Source: Vicinamibacterales bacterium (GTDB lineage: Bacteria > Acidobacteriota > Vicinamibacteria > Vicinamibacterales > UBA8438). From it: a stretch of DNA of 64,000 nucleotides. The notes beneath the pieces are model-generated. The model was not told the DNA's origin and made no database searches. It saw only the letters and a list, made by a program, of their open reading frames with translations. This document shows positions 40,220-48,719 of this stretch, piece after piece; the first letter of the stretch is position 1; every line of letters starts with the position of its first letter. A program made the position numbers and the translations under genes. The stretch is from NCBI GenBank assembly GCA_965215105.1, contig OZ244051.1, forward strand, positions 5,073,003-5,137,002, in the 5' to 3' direction.

Positions 40220-41524
40220 TCAGACCCCGTCGGCGGCGACGGCGGCCGCCTCGTCGACCGGCGCCGGCGCGGCGGCGGGACGCTCGCGGGCGGCCGCCGG
40301 CTCCGGCAGCCGGCGGAACAGCCGCACGAGCAGGACCAGGGACACCGCGAACAGGGCCGCGCCGACGAGGAACGGCGCTCCCGGCAGGCGGACCGGTGCG
40401 CGGTCCGAGGTGAAGTAGCTGAAGAGCCCCGCCGTGAAAAGGAGCGGCGCGACGATCGCGGTCAGGCTGATGAGCGCCGTCAACGCGCCCTGGATCCTGC
40501 CCTGCTCGGCCGGCGGCACGGCCCCGGCCACGAGCCCCTGGATCGTGGGGTGCGCGACCCCCGCGACCGACCCCAGCACGATGATGACGAGGACGACCCA
40601 GCCCGCCGACGCGAGGCCGTAGCCGAGGAAGGCCAGCATCGAGACGCCGATGCCGAAGAGTATCGCGCGCCGCTCGCCGAGGCGGGCGACGATGGGCCGG
40701 ACCAGCAGTCCCTGCACGAGCGCCGCCATCACCCCGACGAGGGCCAGGGTCAGGCCGTTGGCCTGGGCGTCCCATCCGTAGCGGTACCCGGCGTGCAGCA
40801 CCCAGACGTTCTCGAGGCCCCGCTGGGCCAGCGACGCGAAGATGAACACCACCGCGATTCCCGCCACCAGGGGGTAGGCGCGCAGCCGCCGCAGGCTGCC
40901 GAACGGGTTCATCCGGCTCCACGAGACGGGGCTGCGCTGCCCGGGGGGCAGCGACTCGGGCAGCACGAAGTACCCGTACAGCCAGTTGACGAGGGCCAGC
41001 CCCGCCGCCGCGAAGAACGGCAGGCGCAGGTGGATGCCGCCGAGCAGGCCCCCGAGGGCGGGGCCGAAGATGAAGCCGAGCCCGAAGGCGACCCCGACGA
41101 AGCCGTAGTTGCGGGCCCGCGTCTCGGGGGTCGAGATGTCGGCGATGTACGCGTTGGCGGTGGTGACGCTGGCCCCCATCACGCCGGCGATCGCGCGGCC
41201 CACGAAGAGCCAGCCGATGGATGGCGCGAAGCCCTGCACGAGGTAGTCGACACCGAAACCGAACAGCGAGCCGAGGATGATGGGCCGCCGGCCGAACCGG
41301 TCGGAGAGGGCGCCGAGGACGGGCGCGCACAGGAACTGCATCAGCGCGTAGAGCGCGATGATCACCCCGTAGTAGAGCCCCGCCCGCGAGTCGTCGCCGG
41401 CCGTGAACTCCTTGATGAGCTCGGGGAGGACGGGAATGATGATGCCCAGCCCGAGGATGTCGATGAACAGGGTGACGAGGATGAAGATCATCCCCGCCCG
41501 GCGGGTCCGTCGTCCGAATGCCAT
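40220..41524 (-). CDS. TCR/Tet family MFS transporter
   Basis: 'LFIDILGLGIIIPVLP', motif A 'GALSDRFGRRP', motif C 'GLGFIFGPALGG'. Confidence 0.9.
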   Translation of the reverse strand: MAFGRRTRRAGMIFILVTLFIDILGLGIIIPVLPELIKEFTAGDDSRAGLYYGVIIALYALMQFLCAPVLGALSDRFGRRPIILGSLFGFGVDYLVQGFAPSIGWLFVGRAIAGVMGASVTTANAYIADISTPETRARNYGFVGVAFGLGFIFGPALGGLLGGIHLRLPFFAAAGLALVNWLYGYFVLPESLPPGQRSPVSWSRMNPFGSLRRLRAYPLVAGIAVVFIFASLAQRGLENVWVLHAGYRYGWDAQANGLTLALVGVMAALVQGLLVRPIVARLGERRAILFGIGVSMLAFLGYGLASAGWVVLVIIVLGSVAGVAHPTIQGLVAGAVPPAEQGRIQGALTALISLTAIVAPLLFTAGLFSYFTSDRAPVRLPGAPFLVGAALFAVSLVLLVRLFRRLPEPAAARERPAAAPAPVDEAAAVAADGV

Positions 41525-41638
41525 CTCGTTTCCCGCGCGCCGCGGCGCTCCGATGTCCCGCCGGGGCGGCGAGAGCCGAAAGCTCCAGTATGTCACGGGC
41601 CGCACGGCGGGTTCGGGTCGTTGGGGGTCGTTCGCGGG

Positions 41639-43120
41639 TCAATCGGTCGCGGCCGGGAAGGGAGGGGAAGGCTCGCGCGGCGCGATCGAGATGTTCGCCC
41701 ACCCGTAGAACGCGGCGACCAGGGGGTTGATGAGGTTGAAGAAGCAGAACGGGGCGTAGGTCAGGGTGGCGACCCCGAGGGCGCCGGCCATGTACGCCCC
41801 GCACGTGTTCCACGGGATCAGCACCGACGTGATCGTGCCCGCGTCCTCCAGGGTCCGCGACAGGTTGCACGGGTCGAGGCGGCGCCGCTCGTACTCGGCG
41901 CGGAACATGCGCCCCGGCAGCACGATGGAGATGTACTGGTCCGAAGCGACCACGTTGGTGCCGAATGCGGTGAGCAGGGTCGCCCAGACGAGGCTCCGCG
42001 CGCTCCGGACCGCGCGCAGGATGCGCCGCGCCACCGCCTCGAGCTGGCCGGTCGACTCCATGACCCCCCCGAACATCATGGCCGACAGGATGAGCCATAT
42101 CGTGGACAGCATGCTGCTCATGCCCCCGCGGCTGAGGAGGTCGTCGAGGGCGGGGTTGCCCGAGTCGAGGGTGAAGCCGTCGAAGAGGGCGATCCAGCAG
42201 CCCTTGACGACGGCGAGGGGCCGCGGCAGGTCGGGCTCGGCCACGAACGCCACCACCGTGTCCGGCTGGAAGAGGGCCGCGAAGACCGCCCCGGCCAGCG
42301 CGCCGGCGAGCAGGGCGGGGAACGCGGGGACGCGGCGCACCACCAGCGCCAGCACCAGGGCCACTGGTATCAGCAGGTGAGGGCCGAGCGCGTACTGGCT
42401 CTCGAGCGCCTGCAGCACGACCTGGAGCTCGGCGGTGTCGGCCGGAGCGGGCGCCAGCAGGCCGGCCGCCGTGAACAGGACCAGCGCCGCCGCGATGCTC
42501 GGCCCCGTGGTCCACACCATGTGGCGGATGTGGGTGAACAGGTCGGTGCCGGCGACGGCGGGGGCGAGGTTGGTGGTGTCGGAGAGGGCCGACATCTTGT
42601 CGCCGAAGTAGGCGCCGGAGATGACCGCGCCCGCCGCCAGGCCCAGGTGCAGCCCCTGCGCCGTCGCGATGCCGACGAGCGCGATGCCAATGGTGCCCGC
42701 GGTGGTCCACGAGCTGCCGGTGGCCACCGAGACGAGGGCGCAGATGACGCAGGCGGTGGCGTAGAACACCGTCGGCGACAGCACCAGCAGCCCGTAGTAG
42801 ATCATCGTCGGGACGACCCCGGCGAGAATCCACGTCCCGATGAGGGCGCCGACCACGAGCAGGATGAGGATGGCCCCCATCGACACCGAGATGCTCCGGC
42901 GCATCCCGTCCTCGACCGCCTTCCACGGATGCCCGTTGCGCAGCCCCACGAGCGCCCCCGCGACGGCGGCGAGCATGAGGGCGATCTGGTTCGGCCCGCT
43001 CGACGACCCGTCCCCGAACAGGTAGACCGAGCCGGCGAGCAGCGTGATCAGCAGGCCGAGCGGCCCCAGCGCCTGCAGGGCGGTGGCGGGTCGTATGGTG
43101 TTGGCGGCGGGATCGGCCAT
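41639..43120 (-). CDS. nhaC: NhaC family Na+/H+ antiporter or amino-acid transporter
   Basis: 'TGSSWTTAGTIG', 'SGAYFGDKMSALSDTTNLA', 'LSRTLEDAGT', 'LIPWNTCG'. Confidence 0.9.
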   Translation of the reverse strand: MADPAANTIRPATALQALGPLGLLITLLAGSVYLFGDGSSSGPNQIALMLAAVAGALVGLRNGHPWKAVEDGMRRSISVSMGAILILLVVGALIGTWILAGVVPTMIYYGLLVLSPTVFYATACVICALVSVATGSSWTTAGTIGIALVGIATAQGLHLGLAAGAVISGAYFGDKMSALSDTTNLAPAVAGTDLFTHIRHMVWTTGPSIAAALVLFTAAGLLAPAPADTAELQVVLQALESQYALGPHLLIPVALVLALVVRRVPAFPALLAGALAGAVFAALFQPDTVVAFVAEPDLPRPLAVVKGCWIALFDGFTLDSGNPALDDLLSRGGMSSMLSTIWLILSAMMFGGVMESTGQLEAVARRILRAVRSARSLVWATLLTAFGTNVVASDQYISIVLPGRMFRAEYERRRLDPCNLSRTLEDAGTITSVLIPWNTCGAYMAGALGVATLTYAPFCFFNLINPLVAAFYGWANISIAPREPSPPFPAATD

Positions 43121-43365
43121 GCGCGTCCAGTCGGGCGCTCATGCTAGCACGCCCCGCGTCACCCGGTTCGGAAACGGGGACAGGCGGCTTCCGTCCCGGC
43201 CAGGGCTGCGGAAGCTGTCCCGCTTCCGTCCCTCGAGCGGCACGTACGTCGACGGCGAGAGGCCGGCGGCATCGGGTGAGGAAAGCTCGCCGCGTTGTCC
43301 GAACCGTCTTCGATGATGATTGATAGCGGTAGGCCGGTTCGGATAACATCCGGGTTCCGACCATC

Positions 43366-43992
43366 TTGAGCCGGAGGCGCGACGCAGTGGATCGGACGAC
43401 GCAGCCTGCTCGGACCTTCCTCCCGACGATCGAGGATGCCGTTGCCTGTCCGCTGCTGGAGGGCCGGCACGAAGCCTGGATCCGGTGCTGCACGGCGCGG
43501 TTCCTGCCTCTCGCCCGCCGCCTTACCGGCAACGATGCGGACGCGCACGATGCGCTGCAGGAGAGCTGGATCGATGTCCTGCACGGCGTACAGCAGTATC
43601 GCGGGGACGCGCCGGCCTGCGCGTGGGTCGGCGCGATAGTGCGGAACGAAGCGCGGCGGCAGGCCCGACATCCCCGGAACGTCCCCATCGGCGACGACGG
43701 CGGCGACGAGCTGGCGCCGGGGCCCGCCACGCCGCCCGCAGTCGGTCCGACTCCGGAAGTCGAAGAACACACACGCCAGATGCTCCGCATCCTGCTGGAG
43801 ATCGTCGACCGGCTGCCGCCGACGTACCGGCAGATAGTCCAGCTTCGCGACATCGAGGAACGGTCGCCCGACGAGGTGGCCGCCCGCCTGCACATCTCCC
43901 GCTCGAACGTCTCGTCGCGCCTGCAGCGGGCGCACGAGCTGCTCCGCCGCAGCCTGCTGCAGCGACTCGGCATGGAGGGGCCGGCCCGGTAG
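43366..43992 (+). CDS. ECF (group 4) RNA polymerase sigma factor
   Basis: Region 2 'DAHDALQESW...WVGAIVRNE' and region 4 'LPPTYRQIVQLRDIEERSPDEVAARLHISRSNVSSRLQRA'. Start uncertain (TTG 43366 or GTG 43387). Confidence 0.85.
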   Translation: MSRRRDAVDRTTQPARTFLPTIEDAVACPLLEGRHEAWIRCCTARFLPLARRLTGNDADAHDALQESWIDVLHGVQQYRGDAPACAWVGAIVRNEARRQARHPRNVPIGDDGGDELAPGPATPPAVGPTPEVEEHTRQMLRILLEIVDRLPPTYRQIVQLRDIEERSPDEVAARLHISRSNVSSRLQRAHELLRRSLLQRLGMEGPAR

Positions 43993-44066
43993 CCGACCCT
44001 GCACGTCCGACGGTCCGGCGCGAGCCTTCGGCCCGCGGCGTCCGGTGACCCGAATCCGGCGACTCC

Positions 44067-44130
44067 AAAAAAAAAAGTCGAAAAAAAACGGAAAAAGGAT
44101 GTGACCGATCCGCCCCTCGGACACTCTATA
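44067..44130 (+). promoter_or_regulatory. A-tract UP-like element and putative ECF promoter upstream of the peptide gene
   Basis: A10 (44067-76), A8 (44081-88) and A5 (44092-96), then GTGACC (44101-06) and ACTCTATA (44123-30). Confidence 0.5.
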
Positions 44131-44267
44131 CAAGTACAGGGCGAGGATCCTGTCGAGGCCGCGGGATAGGGCGGCGAGGCGCTGTTCGCGCGTGCGAGAG
44201 AACGTAGGCAAAACCAGGACCGTGGAGCGTTACGGCCGAATTCGGACCTGATTCAAAGGAGGATGTG

Positions 44268-44528
44268 ATGAAGCCACTTCTGATACGCGTCGTGATCTTG
44301 CTCATCTTGCTCGGCGGCTACGGGTCGCTGCAACCGGCGGAGGTTCAGGGAGAGTGGGGCATCACCTGCTACACCTGCGACGTTACTTGGGACGGTTGGG
44401 CTCGGTGCATGGACACCTATACCCTCCGTGAAGGATGGGACTACTGTGTGGCCGTGACCCAAGATCCGAGTGACCCGCAGCAGAGCTTTTGCCTGCTGGG
44501 CTGGTACTGCCCTTGGACGCAGGTCTGA
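44268..44528 (+). CDS. Small secreted Cys/Trp-rich peptide (86 aa; predicted 58-aa mature part with 6 Cys and 6 Trp)
   Basis: Perfect AAGGAGG SD at 44256-62, a Sec-type signal MKPLLIRVVILLILLGGYGSLQPAEVQG, and mature EWGITCYTCDVTWDGWARCMDTYTLREGWDYCVAVTQDPSDPQQSFCLLGWYCPWTQV. Confidence 0.85.
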   Translation: MKPLLIRVVILLILLGGYGSLQPAEVQGEWGITCYTCDVTWDGWARCMDTYTLREGWDYCVAVTQDPSDPQQSFCLLGWYCPWTQV

Positions 44529-44556
44529 CCAACCTGAAATAAACGGGTGATCACCA

Positions 44557-44589
44557 TCTGCCGGGCCGGCGGGAGTCGGCCCCGGCAGA
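44557..44589 (+). terminator. GC-rich stem-loop after the peptide gene (partial terminator or mRNA stabiliser)
   Basis: tctgccgg-gccggc-ggga-gtcggc-c-ccggcaga; no U-tract follows. Confidence 0.55.
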
Positions 44590-44656
44590 CTGTCCCGAAC
44601 TCGCGGGCTTGCAGCGGGGGGCCTTAGCATCTGGCGTCTGTGGGACGAGGAACATC

Positions 44657-45532
44657 ATGACCAAACGAAAGATAATCGTTCGCTCGCTTGACGTCAGCAT
44701 ACTCATCGTGGTTACGGCGGTTCTACTCGCTTGGACAACCGATGAGTGGAAGTCGAAGGAAAGCGCGGCGATGCGGGCGGTTTCCACGGAGTTGCCGGGC
44801 GGAACAGTTCGCCCGGAGTTGATCCGCCGTGGTGCTCGGGTCGTGTTGCCGAACGTTCAATGGCATGACGGCGTTCGGACCATTGTGTTGCTCGCAAGTG
44901 CGACGTGCCCTGCCTGCAATGACGGCATTGCTTTCTACAAGCATTTGGGGGATTATGTCCGAGATCTACCGGAAATGCGCTTCGTGATTGCCGCGGTGGA
45001 TGACATGGAGACAGTGAAGACCTGGGCGGATACGCACGGCGTTCGACATGACGTCGTCGTCGAGATGAGAGACGCGATTTCACACGGATTCACGCTCACT
45101 CCCACGCTGCTGGTGATGGACGATGACGGAGTGGTGACAGACGTCCTTCTGGGTCGCCTGTCGAAGTTTGAGGAATCGATGCTATGGGGCCGTTTGCGGC
45201 GGCCGCGTTCTGTCGCGCCGTTGAGCAACGCGCGCTATCCTGAGGAGATTGGCGGCGCGGAATTCCGAGACCTGGTGTCGAGGAACCGCGAGCGCCTTGT
45301 CGTCATAGATGTGCGCAGTCGCTCCGAGTATCGGCCAAGGCGGATCGGCCAAGGCGCGATCAACATTCCCCTTGACGAACTCGCGATTCGGGGGCCGGTC
45401 GAGTTGCTCGGGCGGTCGATCCCCGATACGGTCGTAGTGGACTGCACCGTGATACATTGGGCGCAGTGTCGCCGAGCGGGACGGATCCTGGAACACATTG
45501 GCGTCGAGAATCCGTCGTTGCTCCTGCCATGA
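44657..45532 (+). CDS. Membrane-anchored thioredoxin-like (CPAC) / rhodanese fusion protein
   Basis: N-terminal TM, 'TIVLLASATCPAC', cis-Pro 'TPTLLV'; rhodanese 'VIDVRSRSEY', 'GAINIPLDEL', 'VVVDCTVIHWAQC'. Confidence 0.8.
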   Translation: MTKRKIIVRSLDVSILIVVTAVLLAWTTDEWKSKESAAMRAVSTELPGGTVRPELIRRGARVVLPNVQWHDGVRTIVLLASATCPACNDGIAFYKHLGDYVRDLPEMRFVIAAVDDMETVKTWADTHGVRHDVVVEMRDAISHGFTLTPTLLVMDDDGVVTDVLLGRLSKFEESMLWGRLRRPRSVAPLSNARYPEEIGGAEFRDLVSRNRERLVVIDVRSRSEYRPRRIGQGAINIPLDELAIRGPVELLGRSIPDTVVVDCTVIHWAQCRRAGRILEHIGVENPSLLLP

Positions 45533-45544
45533 GGTGAGGCGGAG

Positions 45545-47986
45545 ATGGATATTGGCGGAGGCGGGTTGCATCACAGGCGGTCCGTCGGGCGCCGCATGCG
45601 ATCACTGCTTGCAGACGTGCCGTTCGCGCTGCGGCGATTCTGGCGGCGCGGGTCCTTTCCCGGCGTGTTGGTGGCGCTGGGGCTGGGCGTCGGGGCGAAC
45701 GGCGCGACGCTGACGCTGGCCGCGGCGCTGCTGGTGACGGCTCCCGACTACGTTCAGGATCCGCAACGACTCGTGGTGGTGCCGTCGATTAGGTCGTACG
45801 CTGAGTACAAGAGCGTCAGCCGCCGTGCGAAGACAATAGACCTCGCCGCCGTCACGCGGGTCGATCTGAGTCTTGGCGTCGGCCGGGATGCGGACAGGGT
45901 CAGCGTCGAGTGCGTGACGTGGCGGTACTTCGATCTTTTTCCGGTACGTCCGATGTTGGGCCGCGGGTTCGAGAAGTCGGACGAGATTCGGCACGCTGCG
46001 TTGCCGGTCGTGCTGTCTCACGGTTCCTGGGTCCGTCGTTTCGGTGCTGACCCGGAGGCGGTTGGGCGTACCGTCATCCTAGGTGATCGCGGTCACGTCG
46101 TTGTCGGAGTCGCGCCGCGAGGGTTCAAGGGGATCGAGTCGGCCGCGACGGACGCCTGGATTCTTCTCGCGGTTTCGTCGCCCCTGTGCTCGTTCACGGG
46201 AGCGGACCTGCTCGAGGCCGCGGACGCCGCTTGGCTGCGGACGGTTGGACGGGTTCGCGACGGCTTCCCCATCAATGCCGCGGCGGGGGAATTGGCGTTA
46301 CTGGGGTCGGGTACGCGGGGTGACGGGGGAACGTCTGGTGCAGGAGGGAGCGGCCGCAGCCTGGTGGCGGCCTACGGTTCCTGGCGCAGTCGGGTGCTCA
46401 GTGGCGCGGTGGCGCTCTGGCTTGCAGGGGCGGGCGGTCTGATTCTGCTTGGAGCTTGGCTGAACGTGGCGGTCCTACTGTCGATCCAGGCGCTCGACCG
46501 TGCCCACGAGTTCGCTGTGCGGGCGCAGCTCGGGGCGACGCGGCCGCGGATTTTCTTCCAGTTCATGCTGGAGCAGATTGCCGCAACGGGTACGTGCGCC
46601 GTGGCGGCGGCGGGCGTCGGCATCGCAGTCGGGCGACTGGTGGTCGGGCTGCTGCCGGTCGGCAATATGGACGGGTTCATGCAAGCCGGGTTCTTCCGGC
46701 TCGTCGGTGCGCTGACGCTTTTGGCGGGCGTGTCGAGCGGATTGGGGCCAGCGGTCTGGGTCTCGCGCATGGCGGCGATATCGCGTCCGCATGGCGGCGG
46801 GCTCGCGGAGCCGTCGGGAGCGGGACTTCGTAGCGGACTCGTGACCGCGCAGTTCGCGCTGGCGCTGGTGCTCGTGGTAGGGACCGGTCTCTTCGTCGGC
46901 ACGGTAAGGCACCTTGGCCGGACGCCGGGCATCGACGCAGACCGCGTCGTCGTCGCGACCGTCGATCTGGCCAGGGTCGGCTACGACGCCGAGCAGGTCC
47001 GGGATGTCTTCGAGACGTTTCTCCGGCGCCTTGATCGGGTGCCCCAGGTCGCTTCCACCGGCGTCAGCTTGGCGCCGCTCCTCGGATCCGGCGCTTTGAC
47101 CCGCGCGTTTCCGCTGCGAACCGCGCGTGGCGTCGCCCCGGCGAGGGTTCCGTTGTTCAATGCGGTGTCGCAGGACTACTTCCATACCGTCGGCACCAGG
47201 ATCCTGCGCGGCCGCGCGTTCGTGGACGGCGATACCGGCGGGCCGCCGGTGATGGTGATGAACGCCGGCCTCGCGGAGCAGTTGTGGGGCGTGTCGGACG
47301 CACTTGGCCGGTGCGTCGTCGTCGGTGGAATGTCGTGCGTCGAGATAGTCGGCATCAGCGAGGATCGACGGCACGTGTCTGTGACCGGGGTGCACGACGA
47401 GTTGTTCGTTCCATTGAACCAGGCGTCGCTGTACATCGACGGCGCGGCGCCCCGGACACTGGTGGTGCGTGCCCGCGGTGCCGGGCGCGCGGCCGTCGGC
47501 CCGGTCGCCACGGCGCTGCGCGGCTCCGATGCGGATCTGCCGTTCATAGATGTCCGGTTGCTGGCGGATCTTGTCGACGATCAGACGCGATCGTGGCGAC
47601 TTGGGGCCACCGTCTTCAGCCTGCTGGGCAGCTTCGCCCTCCTGCTCGCCGCCATCGGGAGCTTCGCCGCTCTATCCTTGTCGGTGCGTTCGCGCACCCG
47701 GGAGCTCGGCGTTCGGATGGCGCTCGGCGCGCGTCGCCGCGACATTTTCGCGGCAGTGATGCGCCGCGGGATGGGGGTCGTGATCGCGGGACTCGTCATT
47801 GGTGTCGCCGTCTCCGCCGCGACCTATCGTCTGATGGACAGTCTGCTCGTCGGCGTCACGGCGGCCGATCCCGCGTCCTTCGGAATCGCTTGTCTGGTGG
47901 TCTTCGGCGGGGGTGTGGCCGCTACGGTGGCGCCGGCGGTCAGAGCGGCGCGCCTGGATGCTGCAGGAGTGTGTACCGATGTCTGA
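45545..47986 (+). CDS. MacB/FtsX-like duplicated ABC permease (ADOP-like), no adjacent ATPase
   Basis: 'LGLGVGANGA', 'EFAVRAQLGA', 'LVTAQFALALVLVVGTGLF', 'RTRELGVRMALGA', 'PAVRAARLD'. Start 45545 or 45596. Confidence 0.88.
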   Translation: MDIGGGGLHHRRSVGRRMRSLLADVPFALRRFWRRGSFPGVLVALGLGVGANGATLTLAAALLVTAPDYVQDPQRLVVVPSIRSYAEYKSVSRRAKTIDLAAVTRVDLSLGVGRDADRVSVECVTWRYFDLFPVRPMLGRGFEKSDEIRHAALPVVLSHGSWVRRFGADPEAVGRTVILGDRGHVVVGVAPRGFKGIESAATDAWILLAVSSPLCSFTGADLLEAADAAWLRTVGRVRDGFPINAAAGELALLGSGTRGDGGTSGAGGSGRSLVAAYGSWRSRVLSGAVALWLAGAGGLILLGAWLNVAVLLSIQALDRAHEFAVRAQLGATRPRIFFQFMLEQIAATGTCAVAAAGVGIAVGRLVVGLLPVGNMDGFMQAGFFRLVGALTLLAGVSSGLGPAVWVSRMAAISRPHGGGLAEPSGAGLRSGLVTAQFALALVLVVGTGLFVGTVRHLGRTPGIDADRVVVATVDLARVGYDAEQVRDVFETFLRRLDRVPQVASTGVSLAPLLGSGALTRAFPLRTARGVAPARVPLFNAVSQDYFHTVGTRILRGRAFVDGDTGGPPVMVMNAGLAEQLWGVSDALGRCVVVGGMSCVEIVGISEDRRHVSVTGVHDELFVPLNQASLYIDGAAPRTLVVRARGAGRAAVGPVATALRGSDADLPFIDVRLLADLVDDQTRSWRLGATVFSLLGSFALLLAAIGSFAALSLSVRSRTRELGVRMALGARRRDIFAAVMRRGMGVVIAGLVIGVAVSAATYRLMDSLLVGVTAADPASFGIACLVVFGGGVAATVAPAVRAARLDAAGVCTDV

Positions 47987-48719
47987 ACGGATGGGCTTTG
48001 GAGGCCTGCTGGTCGTGCTACTGAGCGGCGCATGTGACCGGGCTGCGATCAGCCCGGGTGAGAACTCGCTTCCGGTGGACACCACCCATCAGGCTGCGAT
48101 CGAGAGTCTCGCCGCCCGGAAACCGTTTCCAGGCTACCCTGCCCGGTCTCTGGAGAACGGCGCCGCGGGTGTCGCCGTGGCTTCGATCCTGATCGGTTCC
48201 GACGGTCGGATGGAACGGGTCGAAGTACTCGAGGCGCCGGATGCGGACATCGCCGAAGCCGTGCGGAACGCCCTCGGGCGTTGGGTGTTGCCGCAGCGCC
48301 TCTTCGAGGGCAACCCTCGCGGCCCGTTCAAGGTCGCGTCCACGATGGTGTTCTATTTTCTCATCGAGGCCGGGGAAGGTCGCGTCGTGAGCGGGCCGAT
48401 TCTGGCGGCGGAACGCGTCGCCGACCACTCCGCGGCTGGTGAGCTCCGCCGCATCGACGAAGCGGAGTTCAAGGCGTTGCTGGAGACGGGTGACGTAGTC
48501 GTCGTCGATCCGCGCGAACGCGAGCTCTATGCGCGCGGTCACCGGGAGGGCGCGATCAACGTCCCGGTCGAGGAACTGGACTCGCGGGCGGCCGTGGAGC
48601 TTTCGGCGGCCCGGGTCGTCGTCGTCGACTGCTACCGCAGTTCGGGATCGATGTGCGATGTGGCGGGGCGGATACTGCGGCTCGTCGGGTCGGACGTCGC
48701 GGTCTTCGTTCACGACTGA
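47979..48719 (+). CDS. Probable lipoprotein: TonB C-terminal domain fused to rhodanese
   Basis: AGGAG RBS, 'LLSGAC' lipobox-like; TonB-C 'PGYPARSLENGAAGVAVASILIGSDGRMERVEVL...AVRNALGRW'; rhodanese 'VVDPRERELYARGHREGAINVP', 'VVDCYRSSGSMC'. Confidence 0.8.
   Translation: MSERMGFGGLLVVLLSGACDRAAISPGENSLPVDTTHQAAIESLAARKPFPGYPARSLENGAAGVAVASILIGSDGRMERVEVLEAPDADIAEAVRNALGRWVLPQRLFEGNPRGPFKVASTMVFYFLIEAGEGRVVSGPILAAERVADHSAAGELRRIDEAEFKALLETGDVVVVDPRERELYARGHREGAINVPVEELDSRAAVELSAARVVVVDCYRSSGSMCDVAGRILRLVGSDVAVFVHD

Noticed and set aside
40220-41524. Calling the MFS gene tetA (tetracycline resistance)
   Set aside because: Family motifs are present, but there is no tetR or mobile context, and substrate cannot be inferred from sequence alone.
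45331-45356. 12-bp direct repeat tcggccaaggcg inside the thioredoxin-rhodanese gene
   Set aside because: The reading frame is intact and the repeat is short, so it cannot be distinguished from chance or a minor local duplication.
43366-48719. Assigning the peptide cluster to bufferins, ranthipeptides or lanthipeptides
   Set aside because: None of the class-defining enzymes (DUF692/MNIO, radical SAM/SPASM, LanB/C/M) is encoded in the cluster. The nearby radical SAM genes are housekeeping mtaB and rlmN.
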